DNA from: Vicugna vicugna | Taxonomy: Eukaryota | Assembly: GCA_013265495.1 (NCBI GenBank) | Contig: MU059403.1 | Span: 1,316,960 to 1,380,959 of the forward strand | Length of the DNA stretch: 64,000 bases | Direction: 5' to 3' | Shown here: positions 51,401-62,785 of the stretch, in pieces | How the letters are laid out: every line of letters begins with the position of its first letter | How positions within the stretch are numbered: the stretch's first letter is position 1 | Made by a program: the position numbers and the translations under genes | The notes under the pieces: generated by a model | What the model was told of the DNA's origin: nothing | The model's database searches: none | What the model saw: the letters and a program-made list of their open reading frames with translations, nothing else

Positions 51401-52682
51401 TGAAAACGCCCAGCTGGGCCTCCACTCTGCTTAACCATACCCAGGCCAGGAGGTGGCTGGGGCCTCTGTGCCCCCGTGTCACCACTTTCCTGGTCACCAG
51501 AAAATCCCTAGAAGTCCAAAAGGAACCAAGTGGACACACCCGTGTTAAGTGGGGGGCGACTTACAGAGCCTCCTCTTGTCAAACCAGCAGTGGCCCGGCA
51601 CACGCCTGCCCTGGGGTGAAGCGTCATCACAGGGCCGGGCCGGGCCTTCCCGCCGGCTTCCTTCCGTCTGTTCACCTCTTCGGGGAGCACGAGGCAGCTG
51701 CTTCCCCCCGGCCCCCTCCCTGCCCCCCTTTGCTGGAACTGGGTGGGTGGGTGTGGGACACACTGCCCTTTTTGTTTCTAATCACCTTTAGATCCCACAG
51801 AAAAGGGGGACGGGGTCCAGGGCCAAGCAGCCAGCAGCCCCTTCCCGCTGGACAGGCCGGGCTCCCTGCTGACAGCTTCCTAGAAAAGCCCACGCACTCT
51901 GCGAGGGAAGGCGGACACGCACGCACCTAGTGACCCAAACCACGCTGCCCACCAGCTGGCCTCAGCCCCACCCCAGGCGCTCCTAGCTCCCCAGCCACTC
52001 TCCCCTCCAGCCTTCCTTTCTGGGAAGGAAAAAAGAGGGGCTTTGGGCAGCCTTGCTGAGCAAAGGGAAGGTCCTCCCCTTGGAGAGTAACAGTTAATGT
52101 CACTTTGTCACCTTAAGTCTACGCCACTCCCCAAGACCCCCCACACCGGTCACCCCAAACAACCAGAACCTGCCTACCTGGACCTGGGGGGTTCCAGTCC
52201 TCCTGTGGGTCCGCCGCCCAGCAGCTGGGCATGCCCCCCCACCCTGGGTGTCTGCCTCTCAGGGCTTTTGATGACAACCAGCCACAGGTGCTGGAAACAG
52301 GAGACTCTTCCAGAACCTTAGAAGCCCCTCCTCCAGGTCTGCCTCAGGCAACCTGTGGAGTCTAGCCCTCTCAAAACAAGCTCAGAGAACCACCCTGTAG
52401 GCCACACCTGGATGCAGAGTGAGCAGGGAAGGAATAAAGGAGGCGGGGAGTCAGGGCGTCCCAGCGCCTGGGCGAGTTGAGTCGGGGAGACCCCATCTCT
52501 AAGAAGCCGCGGAGGGACGACCGCGAACTGGGGCCAGGTCTGGGACCTAGCGGCGTACTCCACGGAAGGTGACGGCGGAGAGGTGCCCACGACCCCCCAG
52601 GACCCCCAGCCGGGGGCGCGCCCGCCCGCGGAGACTGATGCTCACCTGCGGGGGTTGAAGTCGGGGTCCACACAAGGCTCAC

Positions 52683-52945
52683 GGTTCCGGGTCGGGGTCT
52701 GGGTGGGGGTCAGGGTCCGGGTCGGGGACAGGGTTTGGGTTCGGGTCCGGGTCGGGATCCGGGTCTGGCTCCAGGTCGGGGTCCGCGTCCAGATCTGGGT
52801 CGGGGCGAGGGTCCGGGTCCGGGTCAGGGTCCGGGTCCGGGTTCGGATCCGGGTCCGACTCCGGCTCCGGGTCGGGGTCAGGGTCCGGATCTGGGTCGGG
52901 GTGACGGTCGGGGAGAGGGTCCAGGTCGGGGTCCCGGGTCCGCGG
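52683..52945. repeat. Degenerate hexamer repeat (consensus GGGTCC/GGGTCG, about 43 units) in a CpG island
   Basis: Direct reading of the sequence. The minus strand reads (GAC CCN)n, i.e. Asp-Pro. Confidence 0.92.
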
Positions 52946-53062
52946 CGTGAATGTGGCCGCAGGTCTGTTGCGGTCAGTGTGGAGCCCGCGGGGGCGGCGG
53001 GTGCGGGCGATCCCAAGGGGGAGGTGCCCGGGCTCGGGATTGGCCGGCGCCCCCGCCCCTCC

Positions 53063-53075
53063 NNNNNNNNNNNNN
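53063..53075. other. Assembly gap (13 N)
   Basis: Run of N. Confidence 1.
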
Positions 53076-54142
53076 ACCAAACCTCCTCTCTGGACCCGCC
53101 GGAGGGACTGGGCGTCCTGGGTCGCACCTCCCGGAGGTTGCCCAGCCCTGGGATTGCACAGTCCCAGTTGCCCCTTCCCAGGGTTGCAGGATCACGGGAT
53201 CGCAGGGTTCCTGGGTCGCACTTTCCCGGGGTCGCAGGGGCCCAGGGGCCCAGGGGCCCTGGTGGCGTCCATATCCGAAGCGTGAGCGCACGTCGCCAGG
53301 AGACGGAAGCTCGTGGGGGCTCAGGTGTTTCCCCCGCTGACCTGACGGCCTGGGCACCAGACTGGAAACGTCCTCAGCCAGCCACGCGCGCACCCGCTGG
53401 CCGGGGAGGCGCCGTGCAGAGCGCAGTGCATGGCAGCAGGGAGGTGCGCCCAGGGACCTGGTGTCCTGCGGGAGGACCCAGAACTCACCAGCTGGACGCG
53501 AGGCGGGTGTGGGGCGAGCCCAGCGTGTTAGGAGCTGGATGTGCGCGGGGTAAGCTGCCAGGGGACATGAAGCTGATGCAACCCCGAGGAAGGGCTGGGA
53601 TGTGCTTGGGAAGACAGGGGCTGGGAGTGAGCAGTCCTGAACCCGAACTTCACTGGCTGACCCGATCTACCAGGTCCTAACCTGTGCCGGCGACCAGGGA
53701 ACATCGCTGACATGGTAACTTTGCAGAGAAACCTTTAGGAGTGAGGGAAGGATGTTCCAAACCACTGCTCGGCCAGTGCAGGGGCCTGGGACAGCTGCGG
53801 GCAGAGAAAGGGCAGAGGCGGGCTTCATCCTAGACCCACCTGCCACCCCCTCCCAGGTGCCAGAGCATCCCAGAGATATTTCTCCCTGAGGCCGCCTCTG
53901 ACCATCATTTTACAAATGCCTGCATCTCCTTATCCCCACCAATTCCCAGCTTCAGTTTTCTTCACAGCATGTGTCAACTGAGATGTCCCCCCTCATCTAC
54001 TTGCCAGAAGCAAGTTGTTGCGCCTAGCTCCCATCCGGTGGAAGGGAGGAGTGGCAGAGATTCTGTGGCCATATTGTAGGATCCCCACCCCGCTCAGCGG
54101 GCTGCTTTGGATCATCTTTGGGGCTATTTTGTAAATTTCTTT

Positions 54143-54290
54143 TGTACAGTGGGACAGCTACCAGCCACATGTGGCCGTTGACTGCTTGAAATGGGGCTGG
54201 TCCAAAGTGAAATAAACTGTCAGCATAAAACATGCATCCCATGTAGAAGACTTGCTATGAAAGAGACGCAAACTCTCTTTTCACCCTTAA
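54143..54290 (-). mobile_element. MER33/MER3-type hAT-Charlie DNA transposon remnant
   Basis: gctaccagccacatgtggccgttgactgcttgaaatggggctggtccaaagtga...tagaagacttgctatgaaa. Confidence 0.65.
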
Positions 54291-54707
54291 AGCCCTCGTT
54301 AGGTGTAGCAATGACAGCATGCTGCGCTCCTGAGGGAAGCGCCTCTCTGGGTCGAGCTTCTAGATCCTGGGCTCTGAGTTTGGCGCAAGGACTTGACCCT
54401 CGCAGTGCCCTCCTGGCTGCCTCTCAGAGTCGGAGCCTTCCCCCATCACGGTGAGGAGCCTCAGCAGGTAGGCCAGTCTCTCAGAAGGTTTTGCATCTGT
54501 GTGTGGGGTTTGGAGGAACCACAGGTCAGGCTCTGAAGCATTTCCTGGGGAGGGAACACTCCAGCAAGACATGGGTGCTCTGGAAAGCACAGGGGGTACA
54601 GAGGTGGCAGGGGCAGGGGTCCTGCGGGCACGAGACAGGGGTGGGGCAGCGTTTGCCCCAGCGTCTGGGCAGGGACACCTGGAGCCTTGGGTGGGGATCA
54701 CTAAGGA

Positions 54708-54935
54708 TGCTGGTGGTTTGAACTGTGCCCAAAAAGACATGCTGATGTCCTAACCCTTGGAACCAGGGAACGTGGCCTTACGTGGAATAGTCTTTGCAGG
54801 TGTAACCCATTAAGATATGGTCATGCCAGGGGAGGGTGGGCCGTGACCCCATGTGACCGTGTCCTCATAAGAAGAGGACGGACAAACAGACAGACAGGGA
54901 GCAGAAGGTCATGTGACAATGGAAACAGAGACCAG
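54708..54935 (+). mobile_element. MLT1 LTR 5' half
   Basis: tggtttgaactgtg..caaaaagacatgctgatgtcctaaccc...gtctttgcaggtgtaa...gtgtcctcataagaagagg. Confidence 0.75.
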
Positions 54936-54939
54936 GCTG

Positions 54940-55088
54940 TGTGTCTGTCCCTGTGTTTCTCTGTTTCTTGTAGGGACACCAGTCACATTGGATTAGGGCC
55001 ACCCCCTTCCAGTTTGACCTCATCTTTAATTATGTCTGCCACCACCCTGTTTCCAAACAGGGTACCTCCTGAGGTGCTGCAGGTCTAG
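54940..55088 (-). mobile_element. MLT1 LTR 5' half, opposite orientation
   Basis: gggacaccagtcacattggattagggccacc...gacctcatcttt...ccctgtttccaaacagggt. Confidence 0.75.
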
Positions 55089-57859
55089 GTGTAAACAGCT
55101 TTTCCGGGGGCAGCACAGGTGAGCCCCTCACGTGCACCTAAAGCAGCCCCACCCCTCCTCCTCCAGTTCTGTGCTTCTCTTGGCAAGTGGCTGCCCCCCA
55201 GGGCAAAGGTCGGAGATCAGGCAGGGCTGCGAAGAGGGGGGTGAAATAGGAACCACCTCCCAGGTGATTCCACATAGGCTCCATTTTTAGGCATAAAGTA
55301 GGAGTTGGCAACACTCACCAGGACCTGGCACCCTGCTTTCTCCTGGATCGCAGGCGACATTTCCGGGAACACATCTGGCTTCTGAGCCCCTGAGCCTGGC
55401 GTGGAGCCGTGAGGGGGTTCTGGAGTCCGCTGGCCCCTGGGCCTGAGGCTGGCCTGGCCGCCCTGCCTGTGACCTGGGGAGTGACTGCCTCTCGGCCCGG
55501 CGCCACCAGGGGCCTCGAGGAGCTTTCAGCCCAGACACAGGACTGTTATCAGCGTCATCAGATACCAGCGAGTGCCGGCCTTCAAGTGGAAAGACTGCAA
55601 AGTGAAATTTAAGTACAGCACGCGGGAGGGGAAGCCACGCTTTCGGCATCCCCCGTGTGGGGGCGACAAAGGCTGGAGAGACCCGTTTCACCGTCTCCTT
55701 GTCAAACAGAGAATAACATCATGTTGGGACCAGTGTCCGAGGTTTCACTGAACTCAGACGGCAGACCAGACGGAACCCAGCTCTGACCTCCTGTCCAGCG
55801 CTGAGACGATCACAGAAACGCACCCCTGGGAACCTGGCTTTGCGGGGGGGAGGGCCTGGACAGAGACGCTAAGTCACTGCAGTTCAAACGTTAGGAACAC
55901 TTCCACTTAAGGACGGCATCCAGATGGACACGTGTGTGGGTACCTGGCATGACTCCCCGCCTAGCGGAGCTCACGCCCTCCGGGGGAAGACGGGCAGGAC
56001 TGACTGTCACAGGGCGAGGAGAGAAGCGGCAGGTCTGCTGTGATGGGCGTCACTGGTAGAACCTACTCGGATTTGTAGAAAACGGAATCCCGCCCCCTCC
56101 CGGTCTGTAAGTGAATTGGCTGCCTCTGTTCATCAGTGCACAGCACTGGCCGACTCGGCTCAGAGAACCTCGGAGCCTCCGGCAGATGGGAAGCCAAGCC
56201 AGGAAAGGCCAGAGTTAGCAGGACCTGCTAACGGTGCAGGAGTGAGAACGAGGGAACCTAGGCCGCTGTTTCCGGACCCCAGGACCCGGTGAACGTGGGG
56301 AGGAAGGCGGCTGAGGGCGTGGGGCTGGGCTGGCTTCAGCACGTGCTGCTTTGAGACGCCCGTGTGCTAGCCGAGACATCATCAGAGGCGGTGCACGGTG
56401 TTCCTTTGGAAATCACTGGTATTAGTGAAAATAGAGATTCCACAGTGCAAGTCAGAACCAGGCCTTTTAACTCCCTTCAATTTGTTTTGTGCCCATCTGA
56501 CAAACTATTTTAAGTAAAATTAACGTCATAGTAAAATTATGCAGGAATCAAACTTTAATGCACACGGTGCCCTGAAAAATCATTGAAAGTTTAAAAACCA
56601 TTTCAGTAAAAATAAAGCAATCATGTTTACAGAATGAATATTGTTACTGTTAAAGTAAAAATGACAGAGTTTCTTGACATTTGATGCCAGGTTTGCCAAC
56701 AAAGAAAAGAACAGGAAAAGAGTAAAGAACACTTGTCTAACAGGACAGCCTACATCCAGCCCATCTTTGACACAGAAGAAAATCTTAATATCAGTATTTT
56801 CTATGCTGGAGACAACGATTTTGAAATAAAGTTCTGAGACACGGAAATCGCTTTATGGCCTTTACAGTTTTCCAGATGCCTTATGAAATCCGAAAATTAG
56901 ATGCATTAAGACATTCTGCCAGCACGTAAAACGTGTTTACACTGAAGCTATGCTGAACATGGCAAGAAGGAGATGATGGGGAACCGGTGTTTGAGAATCT
57001 AGAGACTTCAGGCTGTTTGTAAAATCGGATAATGCCCGTTAGTGCGCTCTGACACTTTCGCAGCAGCCATTTATTGGATTTTTTTCTAAATAATTTCGAA
57101 TCTCTCAGGACGCACACAACGATGCCAATTTCATTTGCTAGTGGAAAGTGTGGCTTCTCAAAATTTACTTAAAACTTCTTGTGGTCCCCAGTGTCATCAA
57201 AAACACCGTCAAATCAAGTGACCTGTTGTAAAATGCAATTTTGAAGCAGGTAAGTAGTGAAATGCATTTTTAACATTTTCTCAGCCAGAGCAAGACATGT
57301 TTTTATAACAATATTATATCCTGGTGACATAGAGCCTCTAATTATTTGATTAAAAATTAAAATTTTCTTTATTTCCTAATTGAATTTGTACATGTTACAC
57401 AGACTGCCTTTATGTGTTACAGTTGTTGAGAAAGAAATAATACACTAACATAACAAGGTTTACTAAGGCAGGGTGTTGCCTTTTAAAATTCCCACAGAGG
57501 TATGCGCCGGTCATTTCCTTGAAGTAGACAAGATTATAATCTGAATCAGAAGGATTAAAATGAACTGACCAAGAATTTAAAATAATTATGGTAAACACCA
57601 TGTAAGCAAATAAAGAAGACTTATCAGTATGAAATAAAGCCAAGAAACCATAAAAGGGACCAAGTGGGAATACGAGGCATGAAAAACGCAGCGTCTGCAG
57701 CGAGAACATCGCAGGTCCGCAGGCAGGAGCTGCACCGAGCTCGGGGGAGGGCCCCCCTCGGGGTGATGCCCAGCACCAGCTGGGGCCTGCCGAGCCGCTC
57801 AGTCTGGCGCCATCTACTGGAGATGACACCAATTGCAAGTCCGGTCATCTGTGAGCGAC

Positions 57860-58445
57860 TGTAGATCCAAGGTGCCCAGGACCCCTTTACAAGCTCTATT
57901 AATTTGCTTGAGTCGCTCCCAGTTCTCAGGAAACCAGTTAAGCTGGTTCGACCAGTTAACCTAGGAAACTCACTAGATTACTGGTTTATTAAGAAAGGAT
58001 ATAACTCAGGAACAGCCAGACGGAAGGGCAAGGCGTGGGGAACGGTGCAGAGCTTCCGTGCTCCCCAGGCGCGCCCCCCCCCACCACTTCCCTGGCTTCA
58101 CCAACCCGGAAGCTCTCCAAGCCCCACCCTTCGGGGCTTTAAGGAGGGTTCACTGCACAGGCACGACTGATACATCCTTGGCCATTGGTAACTGAGCTCG
58201 GTCTCCAGCCCCTCTCCCCTCCCTGGGGGTCAGGGAGGTGGGACTGAAGGTTCCAACCCTCTAATCACGTGGCTGGTCCTCCTGGCCACCAGCCCACATC
58301 TGGAGAAGCTTCCAAAAGTCATCTCAGCCACACGACAAGACAGCTTTCAGGTTTGTCACCTCGGAAATTCCCAGTTTCAGGAGTCGGTGCCCGGAACTGG
58401 AAGAAGGCCAAATACATACTTTTTACTGTAAATCCCACCATCCGG
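57860..58445 (-). mobile_element. MER21-type LTR
   Basis: ttactggtttattaagaaaggatataactcaggaacagccaga, caccaacccggaagctctcc, ccttggccattggt, gggactgaaggttccaaccctctaatcac, ccaaatacatactttt. Confidence 0.8.
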
Positions 58446-60229
58446 GGTGGGTGCCCACAGGATGGGGGAGAAAGCAGGGGTCAGGTGGAGGCAGCCCTCG
58501 GGAGTCTGCGAGAAGGTGCAGAAGTGAAAGCCGCACTTAGGCAAGTAAAGAGATGCTGAGGGGAGAGTCAAATCATCAGTTACAGCAACCTGTTGGTGCT
58601 GGGTTCTAGGAATCCCCAGAAAGAGCTTTGAAAAAAAAGTGAACTATTTGGGGGAAAAAAAAAGAGCTGAGAGCCTGTGGTTTGATGCCAGAGGGTGAAG
58701 AGCAGAGAAGCCTTGGTCTGAGCCTTGTCTGCACACATCCCAGTGGAGCCAGAGCAGAGCCAGGGCTAGAGATGTTCCAGGGAGACGGGGTGCTCGTGGG
58801 ACAGCTCAGACAGATGGCGGGTGGTTTCAAAGGGGCTGGCAGAACGGGGGGATGTTCCAGAAAAGTGCTCAGGGTGAGGGCCCAGGATGTGCCAGATCCC
58901 CTCCCCCCACCCAGGTGGTCATTTCAGCACATGGCCACTCCTGTCCCCATCCAGAGGAGCCCCACCCAGCCTCTCACAGGCGTCCCCAGCGCAGGCTGAG
59001 GAAGAGGGCACTGCCTGGGACACGTGGCCAGCATGGAGGAGACAGGGACAGTGGGCCGGGTCCTGCAGCTCCTGGTGCTCCAAGGTCCCTGAGCTCTGCC
59101 TCGGGGGCCTTGGCCAGGGCTGGAGTCTGTGGGCCTGTGACTTGGCACAGGAAGATGCCTCCAGCCCCGAAAGCACAGGTCTGACCCCAACACGTCCAGG
59201 CTTGTGTCCTCTCTGGACCTGTGTGCCACCTGGTGACCCACAGAGACCAGCTGGCATCAGCCGAGTGAGGCTGGAGTGGCGATGGCCCTCGGCAGGCCCT
59301 GAGCTCCCGCTGCCCCCACGCCCACTCCTGAAGGTGCCTCCCCATTTGCAGAAGCAAGCGAGCAAGTGTGGTGGCCGGCCCTGCAGCTGGGCGGTGGCTG
59401 AAGGGAGTGCTGCCCACGTCCCAGGTGTCGTCTGGGGCGGGATGGCCAGGGTGAGTCCTAGGACAGTGTACGTGGATGGGGCGGGCTGTGCCCGGGAGCC
59501 ATGCAGCTCTGCCCTCAGCACCACCTGCTCTGCGCAGGCGCAGACCACTGACTGTCCTGACACCCATACTGGAGCTGTGGGCAGAGGAGCTCCAGGGCCC
59601 GCCTAGCCCAGGGTCTACACCCGGAGGTAGAGGACGGCCTCTCCTTTCAAGTGAAACCCGAGGTAGAAGTCCAGGTGTGGGCGCCCCCAGATCGGGCCTT
59701 ACCGTCAGTGTGCGAAGCCCCAGGCCCCCGCCTCCCCCGCACACTTGCGTCACAGGCAGGAGTGGGGGGTACGGGCTGGTTCTCTTCAGACCTCTGGTCT
59801 CTCAGATGAACACACTCCGTAACTTGACCAGCATCACAGGATGAGCCGGAGCCCGTGGGAACCCCCTAGGCCGCTCAAAACCCGGATGCCAGGCCCACCC
59901 CTAGCGCGCCTGGTCCTGGGTCTGGGTTGGGCCCGAGGAGCAGCGTTTCCAATGAGCTCCCAGGTGACGCTGACACTTCCCGTCTGGGACCACGCCTGGG
60001 AGCACAGGGTTAGAGGCAGGCTCAGAACGCGGTCCTCCGACCCCCTTGGCTGGGGCTCTCTGCTCACGGTACACAGCTAGTTTGATTCTGATAAACACAG
60101 ATTCTGTCAATAAATGAATTCATATATCAAACAAAAGTTGAAACTTGAGTAGCCACTCGGCCTTGCTGACCTCACACTGTTTCAGAGGGTCTAGCAAACC
60201 CACCATCGTGGCCCTCAGCCTGGCATTAC

Positions 60230-60360
60230 TGAGGGCCTATGAGGCGTTGTGCCAAGAGCTTGGTACACGTCATCCTGTTTCTTCTGCACAAACCCTTGTT
60301 AAGCTGGTTTGTTATTGTCTCCATTTTCCAGATGAAGAGACAGAGGCAGATGCAGTTAGT
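60230..60360 (-). mobile_element. MIR SINE remnant
   Basis: ttattgtctccattttccagatgaagagacagaggcaga. Confidence 0.6.
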
Positions 60361-60433
60361 ATAATAGGGTACAGTGAGGAAGTAGTCGTCAGAGTTTAAC
60401 CCAAACTCCTCCACGCAGCAGGTTTTTGTTGGC

Positions 60434-60623
60434 NNNNNNNNNNNNNNNNNNNNNNNNNNNNNNNNNNNNNNNNNNNNNNNNNNNNNNNNNNNNNNNNNNN
60501 NNNNNNNNNNNNNNNNNNNNNNNNNNNNNNNNNNNNNNNNNNNNNNNNNNNNNNNNNNNNNNNNNNNNNNNNNNNNNNNNNNNNNNNNNNNNNNNNNNNN
60601 NNNNNNNNNNNNNNNNNNNNNNN
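60434..60623. other. Assembly gap (190 N)
   Basis: Run of N. Confidence 1.
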
Positions 60624-61557
60624 GGATGACATGATTTTGAAGTGGACACCGGTGACTGCAGTAAGACACTGTGTGCTCCTGGGTAAAAAGACTGCTTACA
60701 GGTGCAAGAACATTACTGGGCCTTTCCCAAAGAAGGAAATATTAGGAGAGAAAAAGTCTGGATCACAAAGCAGCGCTCTCTTGAGCAGCTGGAATGTAAA
60801 GTTCTCGGCACAGTGATAAGCACTGTAAACAAATCAAAGAACTCCGTCAGAGGGCACCTGTGAAATTCCTGAGCACTTGGCTTTGCTGGTGAGAGGCAGC
60901 CCAGACAGACAGACGGTCCTCCAGCAGCCGAGTGTTTATCCAGCCACTGCAAGCCGGGGTCCGCGGGCTGAAAGGCTGCTCTAACTGGGAGGGGCAGTTT
61001 CCTTGACTTACATAACAGATCAAGACGGTGCACATCTGGATCTTCTCAGCGCAGCCTCTCACAGGGGAGGAGACATTCCTGGGCTGCCGGAGAGTGCGGG
61101 GAAACAAGGTGGACGCCAAGCCTGGCCTGGAAAACGCCGTCAGAGGCTCTGCAGTAGCACACAGATCATCAGGCCCGAGAAAAGTAGAGGCGACGTTTAA
61201 AGCGCGTTCCCGTGAAATCGTGCGGAGATGTGGTTTTAGTCCTCAGAGAGAGGACAGATACTTATTTAACACGCGATGCAATTAAAAGGGGAAACTGATG
61301 TTACAGCAACGCTAGTGTTGAGAAAAAGTATAGACAGCAAAACGGTGGTCTATTTTCCAGGGTAGGGGAGGCAGCGGGTGCGCTGAGACAGGGCCTAAGA
61401 GACCGGACACCTCGAAGGGACCTGGCTCGTCAAGGCTCGGAGACCCAGCGCGCTGGCTCTTGGGGTAGCTCATTCTTTCAAAGCTGTTTCCTTTCTCTTG
61501 GTTCAGGCGCTCTGCAGGAGAGGGTGCGGGGTGTGGACACCAGGAGAAGGCTGCAGC

Positions 61558-61678
61558 CCAGCAGAGGGCAGCTGAGGCGCGAACTGCAGAAGGAATAGGG
61601 CTCCTGGCAGACGGACATGAACCAGAGAAGACTGTTGAAAGAAGTCCACATTGCTCGTGTGCCGCCAGCAGAGGGCGC
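61558..61678 (+). promoter_or_regulatory. Two tandem CTCF core motifs
   Basis: CCAGCAGAGGGCAG at 61558-61571 and CCAGCAGAGGGCGC at 61665-61678 both fit CCASYAGRKGGCRS. Confidence 0.6.
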
Positions 61679-61799
61679 CCTGGACTCACCCAGCTCGGCG
61701 CCCTGGGCAACTTGCAACGTTAAAATACCATTCTGCTGTGTAGCCGGGCATTCGCAGTGCCGTGGTTCTCAGCTCAGTAGAATGCAGCCTTCGTTAGGA

Positions 61800-62570
61800 T
61801 CCCGTAAGTCCGTAAGGTGGCGCGGCCGGGGGAGGAGCCAGCCGGCCGGCGCCGCGCTGTGGGGCGCAGCCGCGGGGTGGGCGCGGCCGCGCGTCCCGTC
61901 GGCCGGACTCCCTCGCTTGCCTGCAGCACATCTTAGGGCCTTTTTCACACGCTTGCACATTTAACTTGATTAAGATCGGACGGAATGTAGTTCCGTCTCG
62001 TGATTTCGTACACGCAGCTCTTTCGCAAGTACAAGCCCCTGTCCCTGCGTTTCTTATGAAGGCATTTTCCACAGACTGCACGGTGGTCCGGCAAACGCTG
62101 TGCGTGACGCGCGACTCGCGGGCTTGGGCGCCGGGAGACGCAGAGGGCGGCGCCCAGGCCAGGGCGCTGAGCGGGCTGCGGGCGGACCCCGGGCTGGGGG
62201 CAGAGGAGACGTGGGCCCCCGGGGGGGTGGTAGGCTGTGATGAGGACGTTGCTTTCTCTCGGAGTGAAGCGAGAAGCCACTGGGTTTTCAAAACCTTTCC
62301 CTCTTATTATCGAGACTCAGTGCGTATGCCGGAAACAGCACCGGCTTCAGCGCGCAGTTGAGGCGGTGCCCGAGGGCCGCGGTGCGCGTCCGTCGCCGCT
62401 GACCCCAGGACTAGAGGCGCCGCCCCCCGCCCCGCGGGCCCCGCCCCCGGAGCCAGCCGCCGGCTTCCGCTTCCGCTGAGCCCCGCGGCGGCGCGGCTTC
62501 TCCGGAGACGCCGTGCGAGGGGACGCCGCGCTGGGGCCTTTCGCGGCCGCCTTCCTCACTGAGCTTGTTG
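61800..62570. promoter_or_regulatory. CpG island / housekeeping-type promoter with no associated coding gene in the window
   Basis: Very high CpG, NotI sites, GC boxes at about 62425-62447 and tandem ETS/GABP CTTCCGCTTCCG at 62464-62475. Confidence 0.7.
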
Positions 62571-62785
62571 TTTTCAGGGCGCGTCCCTGTCGCGGCAGGG
62601 GTCGGGACGCCGTCCCTCTTTATGGCTGAACAGCGTTGCGTCGTGCGAGCAGGCCGCGTGTAGCTTACTTGTTCGCCAGTCGATGTGCGCTCGGGGCGTT
62701 TTGCCCTTTACGAGCAATGCTGCTCTGCGTGTCCATATGTAAGTTTTTATGTGAACGTATGTTTTAAACTCTTTTGGGTCAAAGA
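62570..62785 (-). mobile_element. LINE-1 3' fragment, left part, CpG-enriched
   Basis: ccctctttatggctgaacag...caatgctgctctgcgtgtccatatgtaagtttttatgtgaacgtatgtttt...ttttgggt follows the antisense L1 3' consensus. Confidence 0.65.

Larger units (their letters stand above)
52540..53420. promoter_or_regulatory. CpG island about 15 kb upstream of the FRMD1 first coding exon
   Basis: Dense CpG, GC box at about 53050 and a strong minus-strand donor CAG|gtgagc at 52645. Confidence 0.55.

Noticed and set aside
52583-53680. 365-aa plus-strand ORF with an RVRV repeat
   Set aside because: It is the antisense reading of the hexamer repeat, crosses an N gap and has no supporting splice or polyA signals. 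It is noted only within the repeat finding.
61748-61800. tRNA- or SINE-like stretch (gtggttctcagctcagtagaatgc)
   Set aside because: Only an A-box-like word, with no B box or stem structure.
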